This document shows positions 29,712 through 32,000 of a stretch of DNA of 32,000 nt, piece by piece. The notes under the pieces are model-generated. The model saw only the letters and a program-made list of their open reading frames with translations, made no database searches and was not told the DNA's origin. The position numbers and the translations under genes were made by a program. This DNA is from Candidatus Saccharimonadota bacterium (GTDB taxonomy: Bacteria > Pseudomonadota > Gammaproteobacteria > Enterobacterales > Enterobacteriaceae). The DNA lies in the NCBI RefSeq assembly GCF_012571795.1, contig NZ_CP046222.1:180819-212818 (forward strand). Direction: 5' to 3'. Within the stretch, counting starts at the first letter, position 1; every line of letters begins with the position of its first letter.

Positions 29712-30542
29712 ATGCAAATAAAATTTACTAAAATGCAAGCATTAAATAATGATTTTATTATTATTAATAATATTAATTATAACATTACTTTTACTAAAAA
29801 TATTATACAAAATTTATCTAATAGATATACTGGAATAGGTTTTGATCAATTACTTATTTTAGATGTACCTAAAAAAAACAATATTGATTTTCATTATCGA
29901 ATTTTTAATGCTAATGGCAATGAAGTAGAACAATGTGGTAATGGTGCACGTTGTTTAGCATTATACTTAAAAAAAAAAAAATTAATAAAAAAGAATACTA
30001 TTTATATTAGTACAAATAATAGAATTTTAATTTTAAAAATTATGGATAATAATTTAATTTGTGTTAACATGGGTAAACCATTATTTTTACCAAAAGATAT
30101 TCCTTTTATTACAGATACAATACAGGAAAATTATAGAATTTTATTTAAAAATAAATATATTTATTTTAATATTGTTTCTATAGGAAATCCTCATTGCGTT
30201 ATTACTGTTAAAAATATATCTACTTTTCCAGTAAACTTAATAGGATCATTTATAGAAAATCATATTGTTTTTCCTAAAAAAATTAATGTTAATTTTATGG
30301 AAATTATAAATAATAAACATATTAAATTACGTGTTTTTGAAAGAGATATAGGAGAAACTAATGCTTGTGGATCAGGTGCTTGTGCGACAGTTGCTGTAGG
30401 TATAAAAAAAAATATTTTATCTAATAAAGTTAGAGTTACATTATTAGGTGGCGATTTAAATATTAATTGGAATGGTAAAAATAACAATTTATTTATGTTT
30501 GGTACAGCACATCATGTTTATGATGGTGTTATTAACATATAA
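29712..30542 (+). CDS. dapF: Diaminopimelate epimerase
   Basis: 276 aa. KMQALNNDFIII, GFDQLLIL and both catalytic Cys contexts (QCGNGARC, ACGSGACA) are colinear with E. coli DapF. Confidence 0.95.
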   Translation: MQIKFTKMQALNNDFIIINNINYNITFTKNIIQNLSNRYTGIGFDQLLILDVPKKNNIDFHYRIFNANGNEVEQCGNGARCLALYLKKKKLIKKNTIYISTNNRILILKIMDNNLICVNMGKPLFLPKDIPFITDTIQENYRILFKNKYIYFNIVSIGNPHCVITVKNISTFPVNLIGSFIENHIVFPKKINVNFMEIINNKHIKLRVFERDIGETNACGSGACATVAVGIKKNILSNKVRVTLLGGDLNINWNGKNNNLFMFGTAHHVYDGVINI

Positions 30543-30599
30543 TATTAATTTATAGAATAATTAATATTAATTAATTTGTGAATATAAATAATTTATATT

Positions 30600-32000
30600 A
30601 TGAATTTATTAAAAGATCTAAACAATAAACAATGTGAAGTTGTATCTGCATATAGACAAAATTTATTAATTTTAGCTGGAGCTGGTAGTGGTAAAACATT
30701 AGTTTTAATTAGACGTATAGCATGGTTAATTAATAAAATGAAATGCTCTTCAAGCTCTATTTTAGCTGTTACTTTTACAAATAAAGCAGCAAAAGAATTA
30801 AAAGAACGAATTAAAAATATAATCCATTGTAAAAAAGATTATAATAACATTTGGATAGGAACATTTCACAGTTTTGCATATTATATATTAAGAATTCATT
30901 ATGTAGAAGCAAAATTACCAAAACATTTTCAAATTATTAATAATGATGATCAAAAAAAAATAATAAAACATATTTTACAAAATAATAATTTTAATGAAAA
31001 AATTTATAATATTGATAACATTATTAAATATATTAATTTTGTAAAAAATTCTTATCAATTTAATAATTATAAACAAAATAATAATATCATATATAAAAAT
31101 TTACATATTATTTTTAATAAATATCAAAAATTATGTAAACAAACAGGAATATTAGATTTTAACGAATTAATTATTCAGTTATATGAATTATTTTTAAATA
31201 ATCCATCTATTTTAGATATTTATCAACAAAAATATAAAAATATTTTTATTGATGAATTTCAAGATACTAATGATATTCAATATAATTTTATTAATTTATT
31301 ATATAACAAAGAAATTAATACTTGTATAACAGTAGTAGGAGATGATGATCAATCTATCTATAGTTGGCGTGGTGCTAAAGTTGAAAATATTAACAGATTT
31401 TTGAAAGATTTTTATCAAGCAAAAATTATTTTATTAGAACAAAATTACAGATCTACTAATAATATTTTAAATGCTGCTAATAAATTAATTTCATATAATA
31501 TTAATAGAGTAAAAAAAACATTATGGACTAATTCTAACAATGGTCACTTAATTACTATTTACTTAGCTTATAATGAATTTGATGAAGCAGAATATATTGC
31601 AAGATATATTCAAAAATATATTATTAATAATAATCTTTCATTAAGTGATTGCGCAATTCTTTATAGGAATAATACTCAATCACGTATTATAGAAGAAAAA
31701 ATGCTGCAGTTTAATATACCATATTATATTTATGGTGGTATACGTTTTTTTGAGAGACAAGAAATTAAACATGTATTATCATATTTAAAATTAATTTCTA
31801 ATTATAATAATGATATTGCTTTTGAACGTATTTATAATATTCCTAAAAGAGGTATAGGTAAAAATACTTTTCAAATTATTAAAACCATAGCAAATAAACT
31901 TAATATTTCTTTATGGGAATCTAGTATTTTAATAATAAAAAAAAAAAATATTAATACTTCATCATTAAATGCATTAATTAAATTTATAAAATTAATACAA
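30600..32000 (+). CDS. uvrD: DNA helicase II (UvrD), N-terminal 467 codons; continues beyond the window end
   Basis: Absent from the ORF track because it is open at the window edge. ATG at 30600. I translated it to position 32000 with no stop. AGAGSGKT, RIAWLI..., AVTFTNKAA, DEFQDTNDIQY, GDDDQSIYSWRGA, QNYRST and GGIRFFERQEIKHVLSYLKLISN match UvrD rather than Rep. It neighbours dapF, as in E. coli. Confidence 0.9.
   Translation, partial: MNLLKDLNNKQCEVVSAYRQNLLILAGAGSGKTLVLIRRIAWLINKMKCSSSSILAVTFTNKAAKELKERIKNIIHCKKDYNNIWIGTFHSFAYYILRIHYVEAKLPKHFQIINNDDQKKIIKHILQNNNFNEKIYNIDNIIKYINFVKNSYQFNNYKQNNNIIYKNLHIIFNKYQKLCKQTGILDFNELIIQLYELFLNNPSILDIYQQKYKNIFIDEFQDTNDIQYNFINLLYNKEINTCITVVGDDDQSIYSWRGAKVENINRFLKDFYQAKIILLEQNYRSTNNILNAANKLISYNINRVKKTLWTNSNNGHLITIYLAYNEFDEAEYIARYIQKYIINNNLSLSDCAILYRNNTQSRIIEEKMLQFNIPYYIYGGIRFFERQEIKHVLSYLKLISNYNNDIAFERIYNIPKRGIGKNTFQIIKTIANKLNISLWESSILIIKKKNINTSSLNALIKFIKLIQ

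Noticed and set aside
30260-30487. 75-aa track ORF on the minus strand
   Set aside because: It is antisense inside dapF.

Overview
This window is a very AT-rich, gene-dense stretch of chromosome. It looks typical of a reduced-genome Enterobacterales-derived obligate insect endosymbiont (Buchnera/Blochmannia-like); I cannot name the species from sequence alone. It holds 25 protein genes and 4 tRNAs, all housekeeping. In order they are: mutL (partial), tRNA-Gly(GCC), orn, epmA, efp, epmB, groEL, groES, dcuA, tRNA-Phe(GAA), ygfZ, carB, carA, ilvC, ilvD, ilvE, ilvM, ilvG, tRNA-Trp(CCA), purH, fpr, tpiA, lysS, prfB, tRNA(CAU, probably Ile2), degP/htrA, rpiA, dapF and uvrD (partial). mutL and uvrD are missing from the ORF track because they run off the window edges. 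The track also truncates prfB, whose true 5' end needs a programmed +1 frameshift. The genetic code appears standard: lysS ends in TGA, tRNA-Trp has a CCA anticodon, and RF2 is encoded. I found no CRISPR array, transposase, integrase, phage gene, toxin-antitoxin pair or defence-island-like gene, and no unassigned ORF of credible size. All 11 extra track ORFs are antisense shadows inside conserved genes. I therefore do not see a novel multi-gene system here and will not invent one. The observations worth following up are small-scale: (1) the prfB +1 frameshift site is conserved down to its AGGGGG internal Shine-Dalgarno, but uses UAA-U where E. coli uses UGA-C; (2) purH is full length but many catalytic signature motifs are substituted; (3) a 19-bp perfect inverted repeat has one arm over the ygfZ start codon; (4) tRNA-Trp abuts purH, which looks like the footprint of a lost or relocated rRNA operon; (5) the ilv cluster has no leader peptide and no ilvA/ilvY; (6) a sigma32-type groESL promoter is conserved; (7) carA appears to keep a TTG start behind a GGAGGA Shine-Dalgarno; (8) long in-frame poly(A) tracts occur in several genes. 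All comparisons with E. coli rely on my memory of E. coli K-12 sequences and gene order, not on a database search.
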